Under the pieces are notes generated by a model, which did no database searches, was not told where the DNA came from, and saw nothing but the letters and a program-made list of their open reading frames with translations. Source: an uncultured Solirubrobacterales bacterium (lineage in GTDB: Bacteria > Actinomycetota > Thermoleophilia > Solirubrobacterales > Solirubrobacteraceae). Taken from it: a stretch of 64,000 bases of DNA. Below are positions 28,421 through 37,826 of this stretch, in pieces; the stretch's first letter is position 1; each line of letters starts with the position of its first letter. The stretch lies in assembly GCA_963737055.1 (NCBI GenBank), contig CAVTRE010000005.1, positions 124,037 to 188,036 of the forward strand, in the 5' to 3' direction. The position numbers and the translations under genes were made by a program.

Positions 28421-29707
28421 ATGGGATCGCGCGGGAAAAGAAGTGCTGTAGTCACGATCGGGCTGGTCGTAGTGCTGGCGCTGGCGGCCTGGACCGGTGA
28501 CTCGGGTGCGTCGCCGAGCGCGCGCGCCGCGGGCGCCGCTTCGAAGCCGCACCAGGCGGGTCAGTGCTCCTCGAGCGACACGGGCCCGCACAACCCGGCC
28601 AACCCTCTCGACACCGCCGGGTTCACTGGCACCGATCCGCTCTCCGGCGCCAACCTGTTCGTCGAGAGCCCCTGGCAGTACGGAGGCGATGCCGCGGACG
28701 CGATCGCCAACCAGGTCGGCCTCGGCTACCTCGGCAGCAAGGAGGGCGGCACCCCGATCCCGTGGGCCCAGTTCGAGGCTCGGGTCAACCGGATGCACAT
28801 GTCCCGCAACGTCTCCTTCCGGGTTCACATGCTCGAGAAGATCGGCGATTACCCGCAGGCCCACCAGTTCAGCCTGTACACCGCCGGCGGCTCAGGGCCG
28901 GCGATCTTCACCCAGGTGCAGAACTATCTGTGCCGAATGCAGCAGACCGATCCGGGTGCGGCAGCGGAGATCACGACCTACTTCGTCAAGCACGGCGGGG
29001 GCTGCAGCGGCGGCACCAATCCGAACTTCGACGCCGAGGTCAGCGCGCTCAAGGATGCCGTTGGGAATTTCCCTGCGCTGATCTTCGTCGAGGAGGACGC
29101 GATCGACACGATCTGCTGGCGCAGCCCGGCGGCGATCGCCCAGCGGGAGGCGCTGCTGAAGGACGAGATCGACCAGCTCTCGCAGATCCCGCACGCGCTT
29201 CTGTACGTCGAGGGGGGCACCTCGGACGCGAACTCGCCCGCCGAGGCGGCGCGGGTTTTGAACGCCAGCGACGCCTCCAAGATCCGTGGCTTCTTCACGA
29301 ACGACACGCACTTCAACTGGGCCTACAAGGAGATCCAGTACGGCAACAAGGTGGCCAAGTTGACCGGTCTGCACTTCGTCGTCGACACGCGCGGCGACGG
29401 CAACGGTCCGCTGAAGAACCCGCATCCCGTCACGCAGGGAAACGAGCAGCTGTGCAACCCGCCGGGCCGCGGGCTCGGGCCGAAGCCGGGGGCGAGCGAC
29501 GGGCAGTCCTACGGGATGTACTCGCCATACCTCGACGGTTTCGTGTGGGTCACGACGCCCGGCGAGAGCGCCGCGCCGACCTGTCCGGGCCGCTCGACGC
29601 ACTACGCCAACTCGGGGATCTTCGACCCGAATATCGCGGTCGGCTACGCGTCGCGCGCGAACGACCGGATCGGTCCCTCGCCCCGGTTCAAGAGCCGGCA
29701 CTGGTGA
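28421..29707 (+). CDS. secreted glycoside hydrolase family 6-like protein
   Basis: Signal peptide. GH6-like blocks: FVEEDAID, YVEGGTSD, VVDTRGDGNG, CNPPGRGLG, VWVTTPGES. Confidence 0.75.
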   Translation: MGSRGKRSAVVTIGLVVVLALAAWTGDSGASPSARAAGAASKPHQAGQCSSSDTGPHNPANPLDTAGFTGTDPLSGANLFVESPWQYGGDAADAIANQVGLGYLGSKEGGTPIPWAQFEARVNRMHMSRNVSFRVHMLEKIGDYPQAHQFSLYTAGGSGPAIFTQVQNYLCRMQQTDPGAAAEITTYFVKHGGGCSGGTNPNFDAEVSALKDAVGNFPALIFVEEDAIDTICWRSPAAIAQREALLKDEIDQLSQIPHALLYVEGGTSDANSPAEAARVLNASDASKIRGFFTNDTHFNWAYKEIQYGNKVAKLTGLHFVVDTRGDGNGPLKNPHPVTQGNEQLCNPPGRGLGPKPGASDGQSYGMYSPYLDGFVWVTTPGESAAPTCPGRSTHYANSGIFDPNIAVGYASRANDRIGPSPRFKSRHW

Positions 29708-29724
29708 GCCGACACTGCTGAACG

Positions 29725-29797
29725 CAGGCCGTCCGGCTCGGATCGCGCAGGCTGGCCGGCTCGGATCGCGCAGGCTGGCCGGCTCGGATCGCGCAGG
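29725..29797. repeat. 23-bp x3 tandem repeat (CAGGCTGGCCGGCTCGGATCGCG)
   Basis: Copies start at 29725, 29748 and 29771, and the first has 2 mismatches. The array starts 18 nt after the GH6 stop. Confidence 0.85.
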
Positions 29798-29812
29798 GGC
29801 GATCCGAGCCGG
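29779..29812. terminator. 14-bp stem hairpin formed by the last repeat copy and a unique inverted partner
   Basis: CCGGCTCGGATCGC-gcaggg-GCGATCCGAGCCGG. A T7 run follows at 29825-29831. Lies between convergent genes. Confidence 0.5.
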
Positions 29813-29831
29813 TCGCTCGCTCACGTTTTTT

Positions 29832-30221
29832 TCAGCTCTGCTCCACGACCATCAGCGTGTGGCCGTGGGGATCACGGAACCAGAACATCGGCGGGATCGG
29901 ATCGCCCATCCGGGCGACCTCGGCGTCGACGTCCACACCGAGCGCCTTGAACTGGTTGTGGGTGGCGTCGATGTCGTCGGTCGTCAGGACGACGCCCGTC
30001 TGGACCGGAGTGATGTCGTCGGGCCCCGGAGGCGGCGCCAGCGCGAGGCCGGTCGTGCCGCTCGGCGGGTAAACCTCGACCCAGCGGTACTTGTCGCCGA
30101 ACGGGAGGTCGGTGCGCTTCTCGAAGCCCAGCGACTCGTAGAACGCGATCGACCGGTCCTGCTCGCTGGTGGGGATGCAGACCAGGCTGATCGCTCCGAT
30201 CCGGGTAGCTGTCGTGCTCAC
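29832..30221 (-). CDS. VOC/glyoxalase family protein
   Basis: 129 aa, FYESLGF...FRDPHGH pattern. Confidence 0.85.
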   Translation of the reverse strand: MSTTATRIGAISLVCIPTSEQDRSIAFYESLGFEKRTDLPFGDKYRWVEVYPPSGTTGLALAPPPGPDDITPVQTGVVLTTDDIDATHNQFKALGVDVDAEVARMGDPIPPMFWFRDPHGHTLMVVEQS

Positions 30222-30402
30222 TGCTCGCCTCCTTGAAAGTGGGTTTCACCCCTAAGACAAGCGGCGCGGCGAGAACTCATCGGTGGCTGCGCTGTCGACG
30301 AGCGGCGGCGCCGTTGATGGGCTCGCCAGGGGGTATGCCGCCCCTTCGGTCCACCTGTGCGCACGGTTGTTGCCGGCTCGGTGGGCCGGGATTCTTGACC
30401 TG

Positions 30403-30978
30403 ATGGCTCGCCGCCGTACCACCACCGCCACCGCCACTCCGGCGCCGACGCCGACGCCGACGCAGGTGGCGCTGCCCCAGAGCGCGAGCACAGTAGCCAC
30501 GCCGACCCGCCGACAGGAGCCGCCCGGCGGACGCGAGCTGTTCCTGATCGACGCCACCGCTGGGGTCAAACTCGCGAACGAGGCTCGCTACCGGACGCTC
30601 GCGCGTGCCTTCGGCATCCAGCGGTCGGACGTCAATCTCCTGACCGCGATGTTGGCGTTGACGGCCGCCAATGCCGTCTACGAGCGGGTGCATCGTCCAA
30701 AGGCCCCTCAGCCTTCGACCGCGGTTGCCGACCTCGCGATCGGGGTCGGCGCGCTGCGGGAGGCGATCTACAGCGTCGCCGGACCGGCTTCGCGCGACAC
30801 GCCGCTTGGGGGCACGCTGGTCGCGCTTGCGGTCCTCATAGGCCTGACGCGACAGCCGGTGGGCAGGTCGATTCGTGGAATGCGCGCCTCCGGGCGGCGG
30901 CTCCACTCGAGCTTCCTCGGCCGATATGGCCACCTCATTCCCCGCGGGTCGGGCGCGAGTTCGTCGCCTTCGGCTTGA
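30403..30978 (+). CDS. hypothetical protein
   Basis: The best-looking frame in this interval; the opposite-strand ORFs are Arg-rich artefacts. Thr/Pro-rich N-terminus and a hydrophobic segment near the C-terminus. Confidence 0.45.
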   Translation: MARRRTTTATATPAPTPTPTQVALPQSASTVATPTRRQEPPGGRELFLIDATAGVKLANEARYRTLARAFGIQRSDVNLLTAMLALTAANAVYERVHRPKAPQPSTAVADLAIGVGALREAIYSVAGPASRDTPLGGTLVALAVLIGLTRQPVGRSIRGMRASGRRLHSSFLGRYGHLIPRGSGASSSPSA

Positions 30979-31018
30979 CGGCCGGCTCAGCGCTCGCCTG
31001 GCGGCACGTCCCGCAGGC

Positions 31019-31046
31019 TTGACTTCGATTCTTTGAGTTGTAGGGT
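31019..31046 (+). promoter_or_regulatory. candidate promoter TTGACT-16 nt-TAGGGT upstream of secreted protein gene 31086
   Basis: Read directly. About 40 nt upstream of the ATG, with GAGGAG in between. Confidence 0.4.
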
Positions 31047-31085
31047 CGCTCCCGGGAAGGGTTCACGCCGGAGCGAGGAGATGGC

Positions 31086-32966
31086 ATGCGAGGCATGACG
31101 GTGCGGTTGGCTGCTGTGGTCACGCTGGCGGGGTGCGTGCTCGGATTCGCTGCAGACGCTGCCTCGGCGTCCGCGGCTAATCACAATCCGGCGCCGAATC
31201 TGGGCCCGAACGTGACCGTTTTCACCCCGAGCACGCCGGAGGCCACGATCCAGTCGACGCTGGATACGATCGCGACGCAACAAGTCGGAAACCAGTTCGG
31301 TCCCGAGCGCTACGCGATCCTGTTCGAACCGGGCACGTACGGCTCGGCCTCCGATCCCCTGGCATTCCAGGTGGGCTATTACACGCAGGTAGCGGGTCTC
31401 GGCGCGGAGCCCGGGGACGTTGTCATCAACGGCGTCGTCGATGTCTTCAACCAGTGTCCCGCCGGTGGCGGTGCCTGCGACGGGCTGGACAACTTCTGGC
31501 GCTCGTTGTCGAACCTGACCCTGAACGTGCACCTGTCGAGCTCGCCGCCCGACCCACCGACGGGTGAAGACGCAGGATGCAACAACTCGGCCGAAATCTG
31601 GGCGGTGTCCCAGGCGGCGCCCATGCGCCGAGTGATCATCAACGACACGAGCGGAAACCAGTACTCGCCTGTCCTTCAGGACTATTGCAACCAGGGATTC
31701 GTCAGCGGTGGCTACTTCGCCGACGATGAGTTCAACGGCGGGACCGTCGCCAGCTTTGGCCAGCAGCAGTTCTTCACCCGCAACAGCGACATCACCGCTT
31801 GGAGTAATGGGGTGTGGAACCAGGTGTTTCTAGGCGACAACGGCGCGCCGCCGACGGATTTCGGGACGGGCCCCAACCAGTACACGACGCTGGCCAGCAC
31901 CCCGGTGTCCGAGGGAGAACCGTTCCTCTACACCGATTCGAAGGGCGGCTACAACGTGTTCGTGCCGACCGTCCAGCGCGACTCGGTCGGCCCGTCGTAC
32001 GCGACCGGCACGACGGCGGGAGCGTCGATACCGATCCGGCGCTTCTTCATCGCCACGCCTGACACCCCGCTGTTCGCGATCAACGCCGCGCTTGCCGTCG
32101 GACAGAACCTGATTCTCACTCCGGGGATCTACAACCTTCATGGGACGATCAACGTCACCCGTCCCGACAGCGTGGTGCTCGGGCTCGGGTTCCCGACGCT
32201 GATCCCACAGGACGGGAAGGTGTCGCTCCAGACCGCCGACGTCCCCGGGATCAAGCTGGCGGGCATGATCTTCGACGCCGGCCCGCGCAACTCGCCGGCG
32301 CTGCTCGTCGTCGGAGGGCACGATCATCGTGACCGGCGCGTGGACAGCGCGGACGCCCCGACGCTGGTGCAGGACGTCTTCTTCCGGATCGGCGGGGCCG
32401 AGGCCGGGCAGGCAACCGACAGCCTCGTGGTCAACACCGACGACACGATCCTCGACGACATCTGGGCGTGGCGCGCCGACCACGGCGCCGGGGTCGGCTG
32501 GGACAGCAATCGCGCCGATACCGGCGTGATCGTCAACGGCGACAACGTCACCGCGTACGGCCTGTTTGTCGAGCATTACCAGAAGTTCGAGGTGATCTGG
32601 AACGGTCAGAACGGCAGGGATGTGTTCTTCCAGAACGAGATGCCATACGACCCGCCGAGCCAGGCGGCCTGGATGTCGGGCCCGACCACGGACGGCTACG
32701 CCGCCTTCCTGGTGACGCCGCGAGTGCACACATTCCAGGGCTACGGGATGGGGAGCTATTCCTTCTTCAACCAGGGAATCCCGATCATGGCCGCCCAGGC
32801 GTTCCAGTCCCCCAACACGCCGGGAGTCCAGTTCCACGACCTGCTCACCGTCTTCCTCAACGCCACCGGAGGCTTCGGCGGGATCAGCTCGGTGATCAAC
32901 GGCGTCGGCAGATCTTCGACCGCGACGAACGCGGACAAGCCTGTGGACGTCGTCAGTTATCCGTAA
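31086..32966 (+). CDS. secreted protein, probable beta-helix (pectin-lyase-fold) carbohydrate-active enzyme; function uncertain
   Basis: Signal peptide. Blocks such as FQVGYYTQVAGLG and IWAWRADHG recall secreted actinobacterial beta-helix proteins. The family assignment is from memory only. Confidence 0.8.
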   Translation: MRGMTVRLAAVVTLAGCVLGFAADAASASAANHNPAPNLGPNVTVFTPSTPEATIQSTLDTIATQQVGNQFGPERYAILFEPGTYGSASDPLAFQVGYYTQVAGLGAEPGDVVINGVVDVFNQCPAGGGACDGLDNFWRSLSNLTLNVHLSSSPPDPPTGEDAGCNNSAEIWAVSQAAPMRRVIINDTSGNQYSPVLQDYCNQGFVSGGYFADDEFNGGTVASFGQQQFFTRNSDITAWSNGVWNQVFLGDNGAPPTDFGTGPNQYTTLASTPVSEGEPFLYTDSKGGYNVFVPTVQRDSVGPSYATGTTAGASIPIRRFFIATPDTPLFAINAALAVGQNLILTPGIYNLHGTINVTRPDSVVLGLGFPTLIPQDGKVSLQTADVPGIKLAGMIFDAGPRNSPALLVVGGHDHRDRRVDSADAPTLVQDVFFRIGGAEAGQATDSLVVNTDDTILDDIWAWRADHGAGVGWDSNRADTGVIVNGDNVTAYGLFVEHYQKFEVIWNGQNGRDVFFQNEMPYDPPSQAAWMSGPTTDGYAAFLVTPRVHTFQGYGMGSYSFFNQGIPIMAAQAFQSPNTPGVQFHDLLTVFLNATGGFGGISSVINGVGRSSTATNADKPVDVVSYP

Positions 32967-34111
32967 TCGCCTGCGGTGGCGCGCGCCATGCGCATAACCG
33001 CCTCGGACAGGTGCTCGGGGCTGGTGGCGAAGTTGAGCCGCGCGTGGCCCGCGCCGGGCGCTCCGTAGTCGAGGCCGCGGCTGAGGGCGACCCGTCCTTC
33101 GCTCAGGAAGATCTCTGCCGGCTCGTCGCCGAGTCGGAGCGCAGTGCAATCAAGCCACGCGAGATACGTCGCCTGCGGCGGTGTCCAGCTGATTCGGGGC
33201 AGGTGTTGGGGCAGGTCGCGGCCGAGCTGCTCTCGGTTGGCAGCGAGTTGGTCGATCACCGCGTCGAGCCACTCGTCTCCATGCTCGAAGGCGGCCTCGG
33301 CGGCGATCACCCCGAGCAGCCCGGTGTGGTCGTCGAGCGCGCGCATTTCCGCGACGAGGTCGCGGGCCGCCGGATCTGCGGTGACCACGAGCGCAGCCTT
33401 GAGCGCCGCCAGATTGAACGCCTTCGACGCCGACGTCAGCGACACTCCCCACCGACGCGCGGCGTCCGAGACCTCCAACCACGGCAGATGTGTGGCCCCG
33501 GGCAGCGTCAACGGCCCGTGGATCTCGTCGGCGAGCACCCAGACCTCGCGCTCGGCGCAGCGTTCGGCGATCGTCTCGAGTTCGGCGCGGGGGAGTACGC
33601 GGCCGGTGGGATTGTGGGGACTGGCCAGCACGAGTGCCCGGGCGCCAGCGGCTAGCGCGGCGTCCAGCGCGTCCATCTCCAACGATCCGTCGGGCGCCAG
33701 GTCGATCTCGATCAGCCTGACCCCGGCCGCCGGCAGCATGCTGAAGAACGGCGGGTAGGCCGGGGTGGCGAGCGCGACCGCCTCGCCCGGCTCGGCGATC
33801 ACCCGGCAGAGCTCGACCAGCCCGATCATCACGTCGGGCACGAGCACTATCTGCTCCTCGTCGACGGACCATTTGAGCCGCCGATCGGCGAAGCCGGCGA
33901 ACGCGCGGCGGAACGAGGATCGCGCCGGCGCGGCATAACCAAGGTCGGCACGGTCTATTGCGCGTTGGAGCGCCTCGGATATCGGCGTCGCGAGTGGAAA
34001 ATCCATCTCGGCGATCGTCAGGCTGAGCACGTCGGCGTCGTAGACCGCCCACTTCGCGCCGGCTCGCCGGTGCATCGCATCGAGATCGGGAACGCTCAGG
34101 TCGATGGCCAT
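32957..34111 (-). CDS. PLP-dependent aminotransferase class I/II, MalY/PatB-type C-S lyase
   Basis: SPHNPTG and SASKAFN (PLP lysine), about 384 aa. ATG at 34111 is preferred, and 34180 is an alternative. Confidence 0.85.
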   Translation of the reverse strand: MAIDLSVPDLDAMHRRAGAKWAVYDADVLSLTIAEMDFPLATPISEALQRAIDRADLGYAAPARSSFRRAFAGFADRRLKWSVDEEQIVLVPDVMIGLVELCRVIAEPGEAVALATPAYPPFFSMLPAAGVRLIEIDLAPDGSLEMDALDAALAAGARALVLASPHNPTGRVLPRAELETIAERCAEREVWVLADEIHGPLTLPGATHLPWLEVSDAARRWGVSLTSASKAFNLAALKAALVVTADPAARDLVAEMRALDDHTGLLGVIAAEAAFEHGDEWLDAVIDQLAANREQLGRDLPQHLPRISWTPPQATYLAWLDCTALRLGDEPAEIFLSEGRVALSRGLDYGAPGAGHARLNFATSPEHLSEAVMRMARATAGDYG

Positions 34112-34169
34112 GGGGCGCTGGAGCTTCTCAGATACCGTCAGGTCCTGATCCGTATGACTGGCAAGGTTC

Positions 34170-34883
34170 GTGGCTGACATAGCGGTGATGGCATGCCTCA
34201 ATGGCGGGCGCACGCGTTCCGAGCATGCGGCGATCCCGCTGTCGCCGGCGGAGCTCGCGGCGGATGCCGTCGCGGTTCGACGGGCGGGCGCGTTTGCGGT
34301 GCACGTGCACGCGCGCGATGCTCGCGGTACCCCCACGATGGCGGCGGCCGCGTGCGACGCGGTGATAGAGGCGATTCACGCGGCGGCGCCCGGGTTGCCC
34401 GTGGGGCTGACGACCTCCTCGGCGATCGATCCGGATCCGTTCGCACGCGCCGCCGCCGTACGGGCGTGGCGGCGCCCGCCGGACTTCGTCGCGGTCACGC
34501 TGTCCGACCTCGGCGGGGCGGGGATCATCCGCGCCGCGTCGCACGCCGGGATCCCAGTCGAGGTGGGCCTCGCCAGCCCCGACGATGCCGACGAGCTCGC
34601 GCGAGGCCCGTTCGCGCACCAGGTCGTGCGCGCGCTCGTCGAGGTCCGCGGTGGCGCCGACGAGGCCCGCGCGATCTCGCGGCGCGTCCCGGATGGGGTT
34701 CCACAGCTTTGGCACGGCTACGGTGTGGGGACCTGGGATGTGCTGGCGGCGGCCGTCGCCGAGGGTCACGCCGTGCGGATCGGGTTCGAGGACGTGCTCG
34801 AGCTGCCAGACGGGCGCGTCGCTCAGAGCAACGCCGAGCTTGTCGAGGCGGCGGTGGGATTGGGGGCCGGCGTCGGGGAGTGA
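34170..34883 (+). CDS. 3-keto-5-aminohexanoate cleavage enzyme family (BKACE/DUF849) protein
   Basis: ACLNGGR...HVHARD motifs, 237 aa. Confidence 0.75.
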   Translation: MADIAVMACLNGGRTRSEHAAIPLSPAELAADAVAVRRAGAFAVHVHARDARGTPTMAAAACDAVIEAIHAAAPGLPVGLTTSSAIDPDPFARAAAVRAWRRPPDFVAVTLSDLGGAGIIRAASHAGIPVEVGLASPDDADELARGPFAHQVVRALVEVRGGADEARAISRRVPDGVPQLWHGYGVGTWDVLAAAVAEGHAVRIGFEDVLELPDGRVAQSNAELVEAAVGLGAGVGE

Positions 34884-34955
34884 CGCTGGTCGAGGGCCGG
34901 CGGTGGGGAGTGGCGCTGGCCGGGAGCCGGCGGCTCGGAGTGACGCGGCCCGCCG
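34866..34955. repeat. 30-bp x3 imperfect tandem repeat
   Basis: GCCGG anchors at 34866, 34896 and 34926. The first copy contains the BKACE stop codon (34881-34883). Confidence 0.75.
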
Positions 34956-35297
34956 ACGACACGCTCGAGCCAGGCGGCGAACAGCCGGCGGGCGAGGCCG
35001 GTCATCTCGCCCTCGTGAGCGCCGATCTGGTCGAGCAACCGGGGGCACCCGGCGGCTCGCAGGCGAGGTGCTGGAGCACGAGCAGGTTCGGTCCGGCGCC
35101 GGTCACGGTGTCTCGGGTCCGGTCAGGCCTCGGGTTCGTTCAGGCACGCGACGAGCCTACTCAGCTGGTCGAGAACGTGCTCGAGCGCTGGTTCCCGACG
35201 CGGTCACGGTGCTGCGCCGCGGCTGACTCGTTACGCGGCGAGGCGCTCGCGCTCGCCGTCGACGATCGAATGGACGAGATCGGTCAGAATCGGACTC

Positions 35298-36320
35298 ATG
35301 CAGTTCGGCGTCACGGATCACATCGACTTGTCCGGCATCCCCCCGGCCGAGCTGCTCGAGGAGCGACTTCGGCTGGTCGAGCTGTACGACCAGCTCGGGT
35401 TCGACCGCTACATGCTCACCGAGCACCACGGCACGCCGCTGTGCCTCGTCCCCTCGCCGCATCTGTTCCTCGCAGCCGCCTCACAGCGAACGAGCCGGAT
35501 CCGGCTCGGCACGCTCGTCACGCTGCTGCCGCTCTACAACCCGCTGCGGCTGATCGAGGAGGTCGGGGTGCTCGACATGCTGAGCGGAGGCAGGTTCGAG
35601 CTGGGGATGGGTCGCGGCGTGTCTCCGCCGGAGATCGCCACCTACGGGATCGACCCGGCTGACACGCCGGCGATGTTCGACGAGGCCTACGAGATCCTGA
35701 TCAAGGGCCTTGGCTCGGAGGCGGTCTCCCACGAGGGGCGCTTCCACTCGATGAACGACGTGGCCATGGTGGTGCCGCCCGTCCAGCGACCACGCCCGCC
35801 GCTCTGGTACGGCGTCGGGTCGGCCGAGCGGGCGGCGTGGGCCGCGCAGAACCGGATCAACGTCATGGCACTGCGCCCCGCCAAGGTCGTCCGCCCCTAC
35901 ATGGACGCGTTCCTCGAGGCGTGGGACGAAACCCGGCGACCGGTCGAGGAGAGGCCGCTGCGCGGAGTCGACCGGCCGCTCGTGATCGCCGAGGACGGCG
36001 CCGAGGCGAGGCGGATCGCCGCCGAGGCTCACGCCGGCTTCCACCATTCGCTGATGCTGCTGTGGGAGCGCACCGGCACGACTCCTCCGACCCACTTCCC
36101 GCCGACATTCGACCTCTGGCAGCAGGCCGGCGGCGCGTTCGCCGGCACGCCCGGTGAGGCGCGCGAGTTCATCGCCGAGCAGATCGAGGTCGCCGGGCTG
36201 GACACGATGAACTTCCACCTGGCGTTCGGCAACATCAGCTTCGAGAACGTCCGGCGGACAGCCGAGCTGTTCACGTCGGAGGTACGGCCGGCGTTCGCCG
36301 AGGCTGGGATGCGGGGTTAG
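35298..36320 (+). CDS. LLM-class flavin-dependent oxidoreductase
   Basis: Luciferase-like monooxygenase pattern (LTEHH, GRFELGMGRG). Confidence 0.85.
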   Translation: MQFGVTDHIDLSGIPPAELLEERLRLVELYDQLGFDRYMLTEHHGTPLCLVPSPHLFLAAASQRTSRIRLGTLVTLLPLYNPLRLIEEVGVLDMLSGGRFELGMGRGVSPPEIATYGIDPADTPAMFDEAYEILIKGLGSEAVSHEGRFHSMNDVAMVVPPVQRPRPPLWYGVGSAERAAWAAQNRINVMALRPAKVVRPYMDAFLEAWDETRRPVEERPLRGVDRPLVIAEDGAEARRIAAEAHAGFHHSLMLLWERTGTTPPTHFPPTFDLWQQAGGAFAGTPGEAREFIAEQIEVAGLDTMNFHLAFGNISFENVRRTAELFTSEVRPAFAEAGMRG

Positions 36321-37735
36321 CTTGGTCCGAAGAATTCGGCTTCGGCCTCGCCGAGGGCGGTCGCCGGCGGCTCGCCGTGCAGGTACTCGCCGGCGATCGC
36401 GCCCCAGTCGGCGCCGGCGCGCAGCTGCCAGAGCACGATCCCGACGATACCGTGCATGCGTCGGATCAGCACCGTCTCGGGCGGCAGGGTGAACTGGTTC
36501 ATCTGGTCGCGGACATCTGCGTCGCGTGGCTCGTCTGGCTCTCGTTCGCGATTCCTGCCGCGGCGCTCGTTTGACCCGAAGCGGCGGAAGCCGGGGACCG
36601 CGTACCACCGGATGGCGTGGCGCATCATCCTCAGCGCCAGCTCAGGGTCGACCGCGTCCGCCCGGTCGCGCGGGAGATAGTCGCCCGTGACGAGCGCCGC
36701 CTTCAGCGACTCTGCGTCCTTGTTGCGGACGGCGATCGCGATCGCCCGTTCCGCTTCGACCCGCTCGGGGCTTACGTCGCGGAGAAGGCCGTAGTCGAGG
36801 AACGCCACCTTGCCGTCCGCGCGCAGCAGGTAGTTGCCCGGGTGTGGATCTCCGAGCGCGATCCGGTCCCGGTACGCCAGGCCGAAGTAGAACCTGAACA
36901 CGATCTCGGCATAACGGTCGCGCTCGGCTTCGTCCCGCCGGCGGATGGTGTCGAACTTATCGCCGAGGACGTACTCGGACACGAGGACGCGGCGGGTCGA
37001 GAGGGCTGTGTCGACGCGCGGCACGAGGATGAACGGATGGCCTCGGAACTTCCGCTCGACCCGGCGCTGATGCTGGGCCTCGAGCTCGTAGTCGAGCTCC
37101 TCGCCGATCCGCTCGCGCAGCTCGGCGAACAGCGACCGGGCGTCGATGCCGGGGGCGAGTCGCTTGACGAGCGGCAGCAGCAGCATCGCGTTGCGCAGGT
37201 CGGTATCGACCGCCTCCGCGACCCCGGGGTACTGGACCTTGACCGCGACCTGCTCGCCGTCGACGGTGACCGCGCGGTGGACCTGGCCGATCGAGGCGGC
37301 GGCGAAAGCCTGCTCCTCGAACTCCGAGAACACCTTGGTGAGCGGTCCGCCGAGCTCGTCGCGCATCATCCGCTCGAGCTTCGGGAACGGCACCGGCGGC
37401 ACGCTGTCGCGCAGCGACGCCAGCTTGGTCTGAAGCTCCCGCTGCTGATCTTCGGGGAGCCCGTCGAGCTCGACCATCGAAATCATCTGACCGACCTTCA
37501 TCGCCGCCCCCCGCATCCGGCTGAGCTGGTCGACGAGCTCGTTCACCAGCGCCGCCGTCCGTTCCTGCTGCGCCGCGTCGGCCCGCTCCGGGGTACGCAG
37601 GCGGTTCGCGGTCCGCATCCCCGCCCACCGCAGGCCCTGGCCGGTGACCAAGCCGCCGACCCGGGCCGTCCGTCCGATCCGGCTGGTCGGCAGCTTACCG
37701 GCTTCGGGTGGCGCTTCGTCGGATCGACCGGTCAT
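36317..37735 (-). CDS. ABC1/UbiB/AarF atypical kinase family protein
   Basis: AAMKVGQM, AAASIGQVHRA, VAVKVQYPG. ATG at 37735 is preferred over the longer ORF. Confidence 0.85.
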   Translation of the reverse strand: MTGRSDEAPPEAGKLPTSRIGRTARVGGLVTGQGLRWAGMRTANRLRTPERADAAQQERTAALVNELVDQLSRMRGAAMKVGQMISMVELDGLPEDQQRELQTKLASLRDSVPPVPFPKLERMMRDELGGPLTKVFSEFEEQAFAAASIGQVHRAVTVDGEQVAVKVQYPGVAEAVDTDLRNAMLLLPLVKRLAPGIDARSLFAELRERIGEELDYELEAQHQRRVERKFRGHPFILVPRVDTALSTRRVLVSEYVLGDKFDTIRRRDEAERDRYAEIVFRFYFGLAYRDRIALGDPHPGNYLLRADGKVAFLDYGLLRDVSPERVEAERAIAIAVRNKDAESLKAALVTGDYLPRDRADAVDPELALRMMRHAIRWYAVPGFRRFGSNERRGRNREREPDEPRDADVRDQMNQFTLPPETVLIRRMHGIVGIVLWQLRAGADWGAIAGEYLHGEPPATALGEAEAEFFGPS

Positions 37736-37826
37736 ACAACCCAGGCTACTTGGGTCTTGACTCAACGCTCGAAGTGCCGCGGGATCCGGGTCCATTCGCT
37801 TCGTCGCGACGGTTAGGATCGTTTCC

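Noticed and set aside
28141-28421. CebR-type cellulase operator (TGGGAGCGCTCCCA) upstream of the GH6 gene
   Set aside because: Only a half-site-like TGGGAGC is present near 28357, and it has no palindromic partner.
34823-35290. Possible regulator gene in the gap between the BKACE and LLM genes
   Set aside because: The only ORFs are a 71-aa frame made largely of the translated 30-bp repeats, plus Arg-rich frames. There is no HTH or other motif, so I treat the gap as non-coding or debris.
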